The notes: generated by a model from the sequence alone, not told the origin. A DNA stretch of 63,917 bases, filler included, from Perkinsus olseni (GCA_013115125.1; 6 parts of 6 records of this genome joined end to end with filler, not necessarily neighbours in it), one strand, 5' to 3'. Positions 12,946-26,850 are shown, counted from the first letter of the whole stretch. Numbers and translations: made by a program.

Positions 12946-13832
12946 ATCAATTTCGACGTGTTTAAAAAATGCTCTACATACCTGATATACTGCACTATAC
13001 CCTGGCTCCTCCGATGAAGTAAGTAGCTGATTCATCGTACAGAGATGGAGGCTCCATCATGGAGCATAGCTCATCATGGGCTCTAGCATTGCTGTTCAGT
13101 TCATGTAGCACCATTATGTTTCACTGATAATGTATCCGTACGGACCGTACCACAAATGCTGTTGGTCAGACCCTAGTAGTACAGGTGTCGAATGCCTCTG
13201 CATGTCACTATCGAGTTTTCACTGCTGATTGGAGAGAGACCTCCTAATCGTAACTCCTGATCGTAACTAATTGAAGCGACGGTATCGTTATTCTGCGTTA
13301 AAACTTGGCTGCGATAATTAATTACCCTGTCATTGACAGGCTGTCAAGCTGTTAGATTAACATCGTCGTGTTGATTTGTCAGTCATTTGGTCATCGGTAA
13401 GGGAGAGGCTACCAGCCAATGAAATAAGATCTGCTTATCCATTGACTGGGTGATGCAGCTCTTGAACTGATCTGGCGACCCGTTTAGGAGAGCCCGTCGC
13501 AATTAAGGTACAGGTCGAGCCGGAGTCGTTACCTTCGGCCGTATTTATTGTGCCAGCCACGCCTCAGTCGAAGTCTTCAGCGAAAATTCTTCGCTCAGCA
13601 CAGATTACGTCTTTTCGTGTATCTCGCAGTTATATCGTTTATTACGTAAGTCTAGATTCGAGGCCAGGGTACTGTAACTCAACAAGCGACCTCTCTCACA
13701 AGAGATTAATCGAAGCAGCTCTTAGCGCAATGTAACCACTTTTCTACGGTATACATTGAGAGTTGTTGTTACAAGTTGCACAACTCGCGAGGCGAACAAT
13801 AGCAGGTTTCTCTTAGTAACCTTTGTTGGTCT

Positions 13833-16800
13833 ATGTCTTCCACTCACAACAACGAGTTGGACAATCCTGTAATCCACCCTCTCGTACAAGACGTCATGAG
13901 CCAGGTGGGACAAACCTTGAATGATGCGATCACAACTGGAAGATGGAGACTCCCACCTAACGGCCTTACTCTTGCAGCTCAGCCGTCAAATAACACCAGA
14001 TACTCCCAAGTAATATAACAACCTGCTGTCAGAAGCTCCCCCACGTAAAGATCTTCTCGGCAGGTGGTACCCCCCCCGGCAAGAGAGAACACAGTGTCCA
14101 ACGATACTGACGTGACCGTGGAGAACCAGAAGCAACATAAACGAGGCTCTGGAAAGAAGTACAAAGTCCATGAGTCATCTTATCGGTCTATGGACGAAGC
14201 CAAGAACGCCTTGGATGTCTTGGCGAACCTAGCTCCCGAAGGTAAAATGTGGCACGTCGACGACCATTACCGCAAGCGGGCCCAAGTCCACTGTTACAAA
14301 TACAAATGCCACCAATCTCGACAAGGTTGCCGTTACACTGCCAACATACTACTGCTTCCCGACGGCGTCTTCAAGCTGGAAATGCCCGTCTTCCCCGATG
14401 ATACGCACAACCACACTTTGCACAACCCCACCACCACTCCCCCTTCAGGGCGCGGATTGACCACCAACATCCGCGAAGTGGTCGAACGACACAATCGCTC
14501 GCGTGTTCCGACCCAGCAGACCTTGAGAGAGCTGCGGGAAGACTCCTTGATTGACGAAGCCGACGCAACACTGCTCAACCAAATTCGTAACCACAAGTAC
14601 AACTGCAACAAGAACCGCGACAAAGAAGATCCTATTGGGGAAAGCCTCGAGGAAATGAGAAGGTTCTGCAGCAGCATCCAAACCATCCCCGACGACGCCC
14701 ACTCTGTATTTTGCTTGGATTACAATACGACAACGTCGATGTACTGCTTCTTCTCAACAAAGGAGTTGCTGTATCGTCATGGAAATTGCCGATCTCTAGC
14801 TTTGGATTTCACATATAAAAGGACTTGGTGTGGTCTACCTGTATACAATCTGGCTAGTGTGGATCCTCCATCAAAGTGCCGAGTAATCTCCTTGGGGTTC
14901 TGTTTGGAAGAAGATGAGACTTCAGTCCGGCACCTCCTACAGAGTGTCCAGCGAGTAACATCTCAGTTGGGTATCACACATAAACCAAACATATTTGTCT
15001 CCGATAGTGCCCAGGCATATACCAATGCTTGGGCTAAAGTAAGAACGGGAGTGTTAGCCTTCCTCGCAACGGTGTTAGCAGCCTTCCTCACAGTGGTGTT
15101 AGTAGCCTTCCTCACAGTGGTGTTAGTAGCCTTCGTCACAGTGGTGTTAGTAGCNNNNNNNNNNNNNNNNNNNNNNNNNNNNNNNNNNNNNNNNNNNNNN
15201 NNNNNNNNNNNNNNNNNNNNNNNNNNNNNNNNNNNNNNNNNNNNNNNNNCTTCCTCACAGTGGTGTTAGTAGCCTTCCTCACAGTGGTGTTAGTAGCCTT
15301 CGTCACAGTGGTGTTAGTAGCCTTCGTCACAGTGGTGTTAGTACCCTTCGTCACAGTGGTGTTAGTAGCCTTCGTCACAGTGGTGGTACTGATCTTCGTG
15401 AGAGTTGCCTGACGAAAACATGACAGGTACATGGAGAAATCATGCCTTACAAGCTGAGCTCGACTCTCGACTGGGTGGCACCGTCCGACGACCAAACAAC
15501 AATAAGGATCTTCTGCCATTATCATATGATATCTAAGGTGGCGGAGAAGGCTAAACAAGAGATCAAAGCCGAGTTGGTTGGCGGAGCGCAGCGAGCAAAC
15601 GAAGAGATCGAAGAGTTCTTACACGATGTGAGGTTGCTACAACAGAGTCCGAATCACCTGATGTTCTCCACCGCATGCAAATTGTTCGTCGAGAAATGGG
15701 ACGAGCGGTATCCTGAATTGGTGAAGAAGTTCCGGGAAACATGGCTGGAGAATAGATGCACGTGGAGCCAAACCTGTTATGAGAGCGAAGCGCCGCCGGA
15801 GTTCCCAAGAACCAATAACCACATTGAAGCGACGAACAGAAGCTTCAAGGCCGGTATGCGTACACTACATACACTCGAAAATGCCCGATCTTCACTCCTA
15901 CATCTTCAGGTATGATTCATCCTGGGTCGAGCCTCTCAACCTTGGTGCGAGAACTCATGGCGGCGACGGCGGACTTTTCAATTCGTAGAGAGACCGAGGC
16001 ACCCAGCGAGTACCAGCGACTCCTGACAGCAGCACAATGGTGCAATTCGGAAGAAGCGCAGACAATCTATGCTGACGACAAGGTCGAGTACTACTTCATA
16101 CCGTCAACTCAGCTCGTTCGTTGCTGTGGTAATCGCAAGAAGCTTGACGAGACCATGTTCAGCTTTATCGAGAAGTATCTGGCAAATGGGGCTAGATACG
16201 ACCGCTGGGGTACGTTCGACGACTACGCTTCGCTCATGAAGAATATAAGGGTTATTAGAAGAGATACTTACCAGTGCTCGTGCTATGAGAACAGGAAGCT
16301 CGATGGCCAGTGCGTTCACGCACTGGCAATTAAGCTTCAAGAAGGAGTCGTCTCAGGATACAACTTGGCCTCGATCTCTCCACTAATCCCACATCCTAAA
16401 GGAAGACCGCAGTGAGTCGCCTCAGGCCTCCGTGGGCAAATAGGTTTCGCTGATATCAGATTAAAAAGCGATCAAACTCTAATCAGTTCTCACATCTTAG
16501 TTGATCAGGTTCACTAAAACTGGTCCACGGCAAGTGGATAAAGCGTACCTGAAACGCAAGCTGGGATTGGTGGCAGCGATCGAGAAAATCCGCAGCGCGG
16601 ATAACGATCAAGCGAGATCACCAAGGACCGAGCCTAGACTACCTGCTGCTGCCAGAAGAGCAACAACCCGATCATTGGGGAGTCCCTTGTTGACTGGGAT
16701 AACTGAAAGACAAGAACAATACAATTCTGTATTAGAGCAATCACTCGACCCACCGCCGTATGGGACGAGTTCCTCGAGTTCGAGTTCCTCTCTGTGGACA

Positions 16801-17384
16801 ACTCGGCCATGCTCTGATATCTACAAAGAAGTCGTGGAACAGTTGCCCGACGCGACAGAGATCAGCACATACGATCTTGAGGAGCCACAAGGTCCACCAA
16901 TTAATAACTTCCCAAATGAGGACGTATCTGGAATAATGGTACGAGCACAACTTGTGCTGCACAAGTGAAATATATCAGATGTGTGTAACCGCAGATACCT
17001 ACTGGCGATAAAGATGGTAATCAGCTCAGAGAAGCTTCACCCTGCTCGCTGTTCCAGCTGGAACAGCGTAGAAGTGTCGAAGATGAACTTAACCTCCGTA
17101 GGAGATCAGCAGTTGATGGACACGTCGGAACCAAGGAAGAGCAACTCCGCGAGAATGCTGGGGATGTTATGACCAAGAGTAATACTGAAGAGGGGACTGA
17201 GGTGAGTAGACATGAAATTTAAAAGCTGCATTACCATCGACCACTCGTTTAGTCCTGCAACAAGACCCCTCCACTAAGACAAAGACTACGCAAGCGTCTG
17301 CGTCCAGACTACGTGGAGTTACAGAAGGGCAAGATAGTTAAAGTGAGCCGAGCTGCAGCTCGAAGGCAGACAGCAAGACATTAA
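13833..17384 (+). CDS. Mutator-like (MULE) DDE transposase with N-terminal CCHH finger and C-terminal SWIM finger, spliced
   Basis: Phase-consistent exons 13833-14009, 14064-15038, 15427-15853, 15910-16411 and 16509-~16938, plus uncertain 3' exons. Motifs YKC...GC...HNH, LALDFTYK, VSD, IFCHYH (CxxH), RTNNHIE, CSC...CVH (SWIM). Confidence 0.85.
15049..15385. repeat. 24-bp minisatellite (CTTC[C/G]TCACAGTGGTGTTAGTAGC)n inside intron 2 of the MULE transposase, with assembly gap
   Basis: Tandem copies on both sides of the N gap; bounded by donor GTAAGA at 15039 and acceptor CAG at 15426. Confidence 0.9.
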
Positions 17385-19420
17385 TCCACTTAACTCTATG
17401 CAACTGATGCTCATAAACACACAATTCTGCATGATCCATGATCAATAAGAGGAGTGGAGTTATAATGGAGCCGTTGAGGTGGGCCGCAGGCAGGAAAGCA
17501 GCGTGGCAGATTAGAGGTCCAAGCCATCGCGAAATCTGGCGAGAAGAGTATCCAGGTGGCTCGCGCCCAGCGAAACGCGTCGGGCGAGCGAATGCTTTGT
17601 GTCATTGTCCCCCGCCAGGGAGCAATAATTCCACCGACACGAGGTCGACAGCCGACTGTGGGCTACCATCCGGCTTCTTTGGGTACATTGACAAAATTGA
17701 ATGCCTGATGATCAAGTAGTCATTAACTTGATGGTAGTTCTGGTTGACACTTTTTCATCAAGCACGCATCGGAGTTGGACATGTCACAGAGATCGCTAAT
17801 CACCAATGGGTGTACAAATGTACGAGCAGATGAGTCTTAGACAGTCTTGGATGAAGGTAGAGTTTAATGTTAAACACCAAGCAGAATGCACGCTCCGCTT
17901 CCTCCGAGGTCCAAAAATTCGCCCCTAAAGATGGCCTTAGTGAACAAATTGATTGCGATAGCATTACAGTGATACTACCAATATAGGAAGCTGCCACAGT
18001 GCACGAGTTAAACCTATGCCAAATTATTATCAAGGCTCTTCTAACCGGCGAAAATATGATACCAGTGATGACGGCTGGGCCAGCGACGTAAAGACCGACT
18101 GAGGAAGATGAAATAATTATAAGCTATCATCAGAAAGAATTGGTAACGATGCTGCTCATCGGCCGCACTTGCCATTTCGAGATTAGTTAGACGGGCCAAG
18201 TGTATGCCAGAGGAGACGAAGTCGAACTTCGTATGACTGAAAAAAGCTTTCTTCTAGAAGTAAACTCCATAAGCGACTTTAGAGTGCCTCGCAACACTGG
18301 GAATGGAGTGCCGTTTCCAGTGATAACTACCCGTGATTGATGACCCTGGCGTTTCAACAGCATGATTACCCGTGAGAACAGATGCAGCCAGCAGCAGCTG
18401 TCAAACCTGAGTACACAAGGGGGTCAAATATGCGCGGTATGTAGGGTATTGGACGCACCAGGCAGTGCCCAGCCAATACTTCCGAGCCACTCATGATGGC
18501 ACCAACGAAGAGCGGTCCAGATCCAAACTGGATCATCCAATGACCTTTTTGAACTCGGCTCTGCATACCTAACGTTCGGGACAGCTGAGGGAGCGACGAA
18601 CCTTTTGGACAGCGGGCCGCACTCTACCAGCACTGAGGGTACCGGCGCCAGGGTCGTGCTACGCGAATCATATCGGTAAATCCAAGAAACACACTTCCAG
18701 CTATCACTCACAGCACCCGAGTGCGACACAATAAACCCAGAAAACTCAAGCTGCCTTGACTTTCAGATTTAGAACATTTTCATCTACATCATTTCCAGGC
18801 CTAATTAGTGAAACTCCAGAGCAATTCAATAAATCCCAGACCTAATTTGTCCGCCTGTTTAATAGATCTCTCCCGAGTTTCAAGAACGCTCTCAGGATCG
18901 TATCGATCTCGTTAAGTTCAATCCTCGGAGCGCTACTGAAACTCAGGAGAGGTCTATTGAACACCACCAGTAATACGGGTAATACGCTGCGCAGATCTTT
19001 CCCGGGCGCGCGCTGGTGGATTTTTTGGGGGGACAATCTGGGTACATACTGTTTTGGGACTACTTTTGGGGACATTTTTGGGGACTCAATTAGACGCAGC
19101 CGTGGTTTGCGTTGCCTCTTGCATGGCGTGGGACAGCCTGGGGCGGCCATAGGCCGCCCTTTTGTCGTCGAGTTAGAGAAAACGTGTTGAGGCGTTTGGT
19201 GTCGGGGAGCCCTCTAGAGAGCTTTACACTCTCCTTAGATCCTCGGGGTTTCCTTAGATAATGCAGGCCTCCTTAGAAAACTTACGCTCTCCTTAGATTT
19301 TCGAGGTTTATCAACTTTCACACGAATGTTGTACTTGAAAAGATTGTTAGGCTATTAGGTAGTTGTTATCCTTCGGGAAAATGTATGTCACAGTAGGCCC
19401 CTTACTTATTAATTCGCCCC

Positions 19421-20025
19421 ATGAGTTTACTGTCGCCTCCGGTCACCTCTGTATACCACAATAATGGCACAGAGAAAGGAAGTAAAGGCGTTGATGATTA
19501 TGATGCGAAGGATAATCGAGTCGTTTCCTTTGATACAATAACGAAGGGAACAGGTGACCGACATAATGATAGAAAAAATAGTATGTCCAAAGCTGAAACT
19601 TTGGCATCAATGATTTATCTCATACGGGATGGACCAACGATAAGTGAATCACTACCACAACATGAAGAGGCTGCGATCACGAAGAAAGAAAGTAGTGCAT
19701 GGATTGTATGTGTATTGATGGATGGATGATATTATGGCAGATAATCGATTAGTATCATCATCATCGTCATCATCATCAACAGCATCATCATGTAGTAGAT
19801 CATCGTCGTCTGATTATACCGATGATGATGATGATGAGGATGATGGAGGTGAGTGTCATTAAGGAATGCGATTAGAGGGTCGTCATCTATTACCGTTGTT
19901 ATCGTACGTTATCATCATGTCGTTATCTTCAGATAAGTATACCACTACAGCTGGTGGTAATGATACCAAGAGGGATGTGGTACCTTCTAGTGGAGCTAAC
20001 AACAATGATGATATTAAGAAGAAGA

Positions 20026-20081
<56 letters not shown>

Positions 20082-21412
20082 GATGTTTGCAGTATTTCTG
20101 AGTGTGATAGTGATACACTGGAGTTAATGGATGATATCGATATAGAAGAATTACTTTTAGAAGATGTCGATGATCCAGTATGGGTTAGACAAAAGGATAA
20201 GGTAATAATTATATCTTGGGATGAGTCATCATTACTGTCATACACCTCGTTTATCTTCTTTAGAGATCTTTCTTCTTTGGTGTATGTGATTTTGCATTCA
20301 CATCTATGCTGATAGCTGGTGCACCATCCATCTATCCGATATATTACACGATCAAGTTTATCGTATTGATGCCCTTGAGATTTATCACCTATTACAAAAG
20401 AAAATGGCAGTTTTATATGTTAGACTTTTGTTATTTTGGTAATATACTAGTGATATATTATTATTGGTTTATGCCATATTCCTATCCTCTATTCATGATA
20501 ACATATGCATTGGTAACTGGACCATTGGCATGGGCTGTATTAGTATTCCGTAATTCATTGGTATTCCATTCTGTGGATAAAATAACATCATGTTTTATAC
20601 ATCTTGGGCCATTATTTATGGTAACATTACTAAGATGGCGTACTGATGAGATGCGCACCAACTTCACATCATCGTCATCATCAACTCTCAATCACTTTCT
20701 CTATCAGCATACTCCGTCTAGTTTTACGGTAACACCAACAACAACATCATCATCATCGTCATCTTTGTGTATGTTATTGATCGTTATACCGATATTGGTG
20801 TATTTTATCCATTTACTGCTCTACGGGATTGTCACTAACTATGTATTTCACGTACAAGGTGATAATTCGCAGTATGCAACTTCGTATTCGCATCTTGTAT
20901 CACTACATGGTAAGTTCCTTAAGAGATGTAGTAATTATGTAACTGATGATAATATGTGGTTATGGTATGGTATAGCACAGATAGTATTAACATCAGCTAC
21001 AATACTACCATCATTCATATGGTATGGTATTAGTAAATGGGTGAATTATTCATTATGTGCCGCTTGTTTTATGGCAGCTGTATGGAATGGTGCTAACTTC
21101 TATGTTGAAGTGTTTGCAAGAAAGCATTTGAGGTCATTACAGCGTGAACAACGTAACAAGCGCAAAATGAATATGATGATGAATATTGGGATTGGACAGG
21201 CTTGTGATACTAATTATCATCATACTGGTAATATGGATACCAATCGTATACTTGTAAGTAGGAATAAACTAGATAATAGAAGGTTAAGAAGAAGAAGAAG
21301 AAGCGCTGCTGCTGCTGCTCACAATAATAACAACCATACTACCACTACCACTACTAATACTAGCAGGTCGTTGCCTCATTCTCTCAAATACTCTTGTAGT
21401 AACCAATCGTAA
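19421..21412 (+). CDS. GPC1: Glycerophosphocholine acyltransferase (GPC1/GPCAT, DUF2838-like) polytopic membrane protein
   Basis: Exons 19421-19691, 19741-19848, 19933-20201, 20264-21412. Motifs DK|RSFFFGV, YMLDFCYFGN, GPLAWAVLVFRNSLVFHSVDKITSCFIH, WNGANFYVEVF; several hydrophobic segments; (GAT)17 poly-Asp tract. Confidence 0.85.
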
Positions 21413-21727
21413 TAAATGGTATTTCATGAGAGGGTAATGATTGTACTAAATACCATACTACTTCCTGCTGTTCCTTTTCTGCTGCTTTACTTCGACTCCC
21501 GCCATTGTTGTCGAGTTTAAGGTGATGACAACCGTTATTATCAACATAACAGTGCTAAACGGGAGTAATAGCAGTTAAGAGAATGATCCATCGCCAAAAA
21601 TACTAATAAAACGATACTGCATACGCCATTAATTAAGTGATGTGTAAAAAGGGAAGATATGAAGAAGAGTACATGACATGATGAATACACCGTATGGTGG
21701 CCACGTTGCTGTCTCATAATATGATAA

Positions 21728-22188
21728 TACTACAACATTTCCACACCTACTTACTAAAACCCCAGAGCAATTAAATAAAGCCCAGGCCAAATTAGTAAAA
21801 CCCCAAAGCAACTTAGTCGGCACGCGTGAGTGGCGGGAGAGGCGGGGGGGACGAAGGCAGAGTATTTCCTGCCGTACTGTGATGAGAAGTTGCTTCACAA
21901 AGAGGTTGAAGTGGTTACTATGCAACTTTATATACGATGCACCTTCAATCACTCCCAAACATTGTACCCTTGTTGCTCAGCTATGGAAGACATGCCAGTC
22001 GGAGCCCCAATTCGAATGTTTAACGATTAAACCTGCGATCTGTAGGATACCGAGGGCTTCCCTCATGTAGGCTGACGTTGTGGGTTTTCCGTACTTGTTA
22101 GTTATTTTGTTGGGCTCTACTAAATTGGTCTTTCATAAAATCAAATTGCTCTGGGGTTTTACTAAGTAGGTCTAGAAATGGTGTAGTA
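21728..22188. mobile_element. MITE / non-autonomous TIR element (~460 bp)
   Basis: Left TACTACAACATTTCCACACCTACTTACTAAAACCCCAGAGCAATT matches the reverse complement of right AATTGCTCTGGGGTTTTACTAAGTAGGTCTAGAAATGGTGTAGTA with few mismatches; weaker similarity extends inward. Confidence 0.8.
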
Positions 22189-22527
22189 GATGACACTGGG
22201 CTCGAACGATTGATGATCGTAAGCATGAGGATTAGGAATACCAGTATAATGGTTATTATTTGCCGTATTTTATTGAGTGATTTACATCACACATCGTTCA
22301 TCTCGATAGTCAAACTGGAAAGAGATTTATGATAATACTAACATGTAACAGTGTGAACCCTCGTGCTATGTAATCGAATGAAGTCAATGCAAGCAGAGAG
22401 GTTATAATAATCATCATTATTATCACTTGATACGATTGTCCGAGATTGTCCAACCACCCTTATGACATTTACGATCTTCCTTAATACGAGTACGTGAATA
22501 AACACGACAGTTATCACATTATCACAA

Positions 22528-22780
22528 CAATCATTATAATGCACGATCATCAATGGCCATCATCATGGCAATCATTATGATGCACGATCATCAATGGCCA
22601 TCATCATGGCAATCATTATGATGCACGATCATCAATGGCCATCATCATGGCAATANNNNNNNNNNNNNNNNNNNNNNNNNNNNNNNNNNNNNNNNNNNNN
22701 NNNNNNNNNNNNNNNNNNNNNNNNNNNNNNNNNNNNNNNNNNNNNNNNNGCAATCATTATGATGCACGATCATTATCATG
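22528..22780. repeat. 41-bp minisatellite (CAATCATTATGATGCACGATCATCAATGGCCATCATCATGG)n with gap
   Basis: Unit starts at 22528, 22569 and 22610, and continues after the N gap. Confidence 0.9.
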
Positions 22781-23452
22781 GCGATGATTACCTCCAGAAT
22801 GATGATATCTCGTATTACTGAGCATAGTATCCAATTCTTCTCGCAATTTCTCTTTCTCCTTCTGATCATGACGTAATTAATCGCTATGTGAGATAATACG
22901 ATCGTAGCAGCAGCATTACCATAAGATTGCGTATAGCAGCCCAATTCTTGTATAATGGATGAGCCAAACATAATGCTTGTATGGCAGCGTTGATCATCAC
23001 ACAATCATCAGGACCGCCAGCAGTAGTAGTATTAGTGTCAGGAGTATTATCAGCAGAAGCATGATGACGATGATGAGATCCTGCGTTATTCAGTAGGGTG
23101 GTCCTAGTTGAACTCATACCACCATCGCAACCTCCAACCTAACATCATAATAATAACAACAACAAAGGTGATATCAATAGTATTAGTACAAGTAGCAATT
23201 CTCCGATACTTTCTATAATCATACAACTGATGTTATTATCATTGAATGATGATGATGATGTCATTATTATAGTACTGTTATTATTATAACTAGGGTTATG
23301 ATGAAGTAATACTGACACACTGACNNNNNNNNNNNNNNNNNNNNNNNNNNNNNNNNNNNNNNNNNNNNTTAATTAATTAANNNNNNNNNNNNNNNNNNNN
23401 NNNNNNNNNNNNNNNNNNNNNNNNCCCCCCCCCCCCCCCCCCCCCCCCCCCG

Positions 23453-23499
<47 letters not shown>

Positions 23500-23605
23500 G
23501 ATCGCGCACGCGGAAGAATATCTTTCTGGTTGGGAGGTTGTATGCTGAGATTAGGATATTCGCTGTGATGGGTTGAGTAGTTGCGCACGCGGAAGAATAT
23601 CTTAG

Positions 23606-25341
23606 CTGCATGTGGCAATCTCATCTCCATTCGGAAAATCTTCCGATCTCGACTGGAAAGTTGTGGTGAGGGACGGCCTATGAGTATCCTCAGAGATGAT
23701 TGAGTGTACCATAATATAGACATGTTCAGGCAGTGCAACAAGTAGAAATCCGTACGACCCTCGAACGCCGATGCCGATGGGCTCTGAGTTGGAGAAGCGC
23801 ATAATGGCGGAGGAGGAGAGGAAGCAGCTGGAAGGAGAGTGTACGATAGGCACGACTGAGTTCTCTCACTCGGCCAAGAGGATTGGTAGGAAGTTTTGGT
23901 GTAGTGGTTGCAGTTGTGGTTTGTCATTGGGGAGGTCTCGGGCTCAATACCGCTGCATTTGAAGTCGATTTTTGGAGGTTAACTGAATCGATTCCCTCCA
24001 CTGCAATTCCATCGAAGTTAAATAGTGTCGTTGCGAACCGTGATTGTGAAAGTATGGCCCTCTCCTCTCTCAAAGGCAGCTCGTAGAAGGCGAGGGATTC
24101 CGGAGTCTCGGGGTTGCTGTCGATAGTCCCTGGCTTGTGCATGCCAGAGGAGGGCGTATCTTAGGTTGATCATTGCAATCGGCGGATATTAGCGGTGAGA
24201 AGTAATACCAAAATTTCGTGGACTTTTCGGAATCGCGACCGCTGATTTTGGGCCTGTTTTGGACATTAACACTGTTCGTGTACATCAGTTTATTATGAAC
24301 TCTGCGAAAGCGAATTATTTTCTCTATTATGTTATGCCTTCCCCGTGAAAAAAAATTATATTTCAAGAATTGACAAAAATGATAATTTTTCGCAGTAGCA
24401 GGGAGAATCTTGTTGCTGTGATTTTAGGGTCGGGTACGTCGTCTGTGGGAAGTACTGACACTTTGCATCCGCGAAGGTCGATGTCTGTGGTTGGGACAAC
24501 CGGGTAGTGATAATATAATTTTACCGTATCTTATGAAACGGTTGATCGATTTGGTGGTAGTTACTGCGGTCCAGAGGTGTTCACGGGATGGTATGATGAG
24601 AAGTGTGATATCTTCTCCGCTGGCGTTATACTATTTGTCATGCTCACGGGCGAGATGCCATTCGAATGCAAAAATGTCGACCAGTACAAGAACAGTCTTC
24701 GGCGTGCGCAAAGATGCGGTTTGGATAAGATACTATGCGAGTAAGATACGGAAAAGGTCGACCTATCGAAAGCACGGGTGAAAGATCCTTTTTTTCATGA
24801 GGGTTGTCACGCCTTGGATTTTGCAGGGTGGTGATGAAATCATATGTTCTGCGAAATCCACGCTTCAACCTTAGATACCGAGGCGATCGGTGTGCAAACA
24901 TGTCGAGTGAGGCGAAGGACTTGGTTTTCAAGATGCTCGAGTTGGATCCGAAAAAGAGGCCTTCGGCGAGGGAGGTGTTGGAGCATCCCTTCATACAGAA
25001 AAACAAGCAAAGACGAGAAATGGAGGAAAATGTAATACATTCTAGCGGAGCGAAGCGCGGATTTTTTGCCACGAAATTGGGCTTGGATAGAAGGGTACTG
25101 GTTTGTGGTTTAGACTGTTGCCGCCGTAGAGGTGCCCGCTGCCGTGCCGCGATCGACCAACTCGCCAACCGCTGCTGCTCGGCCCGCCTCATCGTCGTTG
25201 AACAGCTCGGATGTGGCCCCGGTTCGGAAGGAGGGTCCGACCTTCCCGAGCAGACATCCTGACCAGTGGTATCTTGGAGGCTTCTTCAGTAGTATCTTTA
25301 GGAAGCTTGACAGTAATAAGAAGGTTGGTGAGAAGAAGTAG
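23606..25341 (+). CDS. CAMK/CDPK-like Ser/Thr protein kinase, 3' part (5' truncated by scaffold edge)
   Basis: Spliced exons give SVVGTTG|YCGPEVFTGWYDEKCDIFSAGVILFVMLTGEMPF and MSSEAKDLVFKMLELDPKKRPSAREVLEHPFI; stop at 25341. Confidence 0.8.
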
Positions 25342-25667
25342 ATGATGACCTTGTCGATTCACGAGGGCTTTTATTAACAGCGCTGAAAGGCTATACTATA
25401 CCGTTTTACGAGGCGCTAAATATTCCGCCGGTTTATTCCGATAATCGTTTCACTCTGTCGGTGTTCTGGTTGTAATGATAGTCGTGAGGAGAGAGGGTAT
25501 GGATTCTTCTCCCTAGTGTTCGTCTTCATCCGAGTCTCGGGAAAGTTGGTATTGAGAATGTTAACGGAAAAAAACTGGGGAAAATTTCCTTGCGAACATT
25601 AAGGAATAGCTGGCGAGGAGGTTGTGATTTATTTCTTGAAGTGGGAGGTTGAAGAAGGCCGACGAGC

Positions 25668-26850
25668 ATGGTACCGTGGGTTAGGTCAATGGCTGGTTGT
25701 CTTTCCGGGATTTTGGGAGGCCTCCCAGGATTGAATTTAACGCCGAGGACGATGGGGATGGTCTTCGAGCTCAGGCGAGGCAGCAGTCTATTGAACATCA
25801 CTCGGTATGAAAGACTACAACCGTCGTCGTGATGCTCCGAGTGGCGTGATGGGATATTATTCTTGATGATCCTCGTTGAAGGCAACAAGTTTTACAGTCT
25901 GTCAATGCCCTCTTCTTCTTCCTTCATGTTCATCCATCGTCCGTCGACTGAGGTGGACACTGACTGGCCGTGGCGGTGGGGCGAGATCAGAATGCCGTGT
26001 CTGCTGCTGCTCACCGATGATGAGGGCTCCAAGGTCGGGGGTGGACCATCGGCTTTAGTCGTGTTTGGGAGCGCCTGCCTGAGCGCACAGTCCCTTCCGG
26101 CTGGATTCCAGTCCGTTGTCTTTTTATCATCCACAGGTTGGCGTAGGAATATGTACTACGGGAAGTATGATCAGGTGGAGTATCTTGTAGCGCACTGCAA
26201 AGATTTTTTACTCTTCAGGAATTTTGATTTTCATAGCCGTTTCATGATGGGCGGGGCCGACTCTGTTTGAAGGGTTTTATTCATTTTTAGATGTGGTTCG
26301 GAATGTAATTTTTCGACGAAAATTTTTTCCGGATAATAATTTTTTATTAGAAACTTTTCTAATATTTCTCTGGCTTTTCGAGGTGCGCAAGAGTCAACCA
26401 ACGATATTTCCTGTTTGGGCGAAGTACTCACGGGGTCGTTGCTGCTATTGGGAAAACGATAGTGGTAGGAGTTATAGCGATACGAAGTGAATCTGAAACC
26501 GTTCTCATCAAAAAGATATTTCTTCGCTGTGTCGTGAAAAATGGAATTGTTCACCTCAGATTTCGCGCGCCGCGAAAATATCGGAGTATGGCGAGATCCT
26601 CGGCGGTCCTCTGGGAAGCGGCCGTGTTACGGTACGGCAGCTGCAGGGGTACCGACCTGGATGCTCGACAAAGGGGATCTTTATCGATCGAATTTTGTAA
26701 CTGGTGATAAATATTGGCTTTATGCTTGCCCAAGGTAGGAAAAAGGTATCCAGGGATAGCTCGAAGTGGTATCTTAAGTTGATCATGGTCAATCGCAGAA
26801 TAACTGGAGTGGCTTCTTCTTCCAACCGTCACGGTGAAGACGGATAAGTT
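25668..26850 (+). CDS. Hypothetical multi-exon protein
   Basis: Short open segments bounded by GT/AG sites (e.g. DTDWPWRWGEIRMPCLLL, GWRRNMYYGKYDQ); no family recognised. Confidence 0.3.

Noticed and set aside
15049-15385. 24-bp repeats as a CRISPR array, or a Val/Leu-rich membrane tail on the transposase
   Set aside because: Head-to-tail repeats without unique spacers; they lie within a phase-consistent GT-AG intron.
18990-19310. TTTTGGGGAC and CTCTCCTTAGAT repeats as the right TIR of the MULE
   Set aside because: No inverted counterpart found upstream of the transposase on this scaffold.
22528-22780. 41-bp repeats as CRISPR or His/Met-rich ORF
   Set aside because: No spacers, unit length not a multiple of 3, eukaryotic context.
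23424-23497. Poly-C tract / poly-Gly ORFs
   Set aside because: Homopolymer at a scaffold edge, likely a sequencing or assembly artefact.
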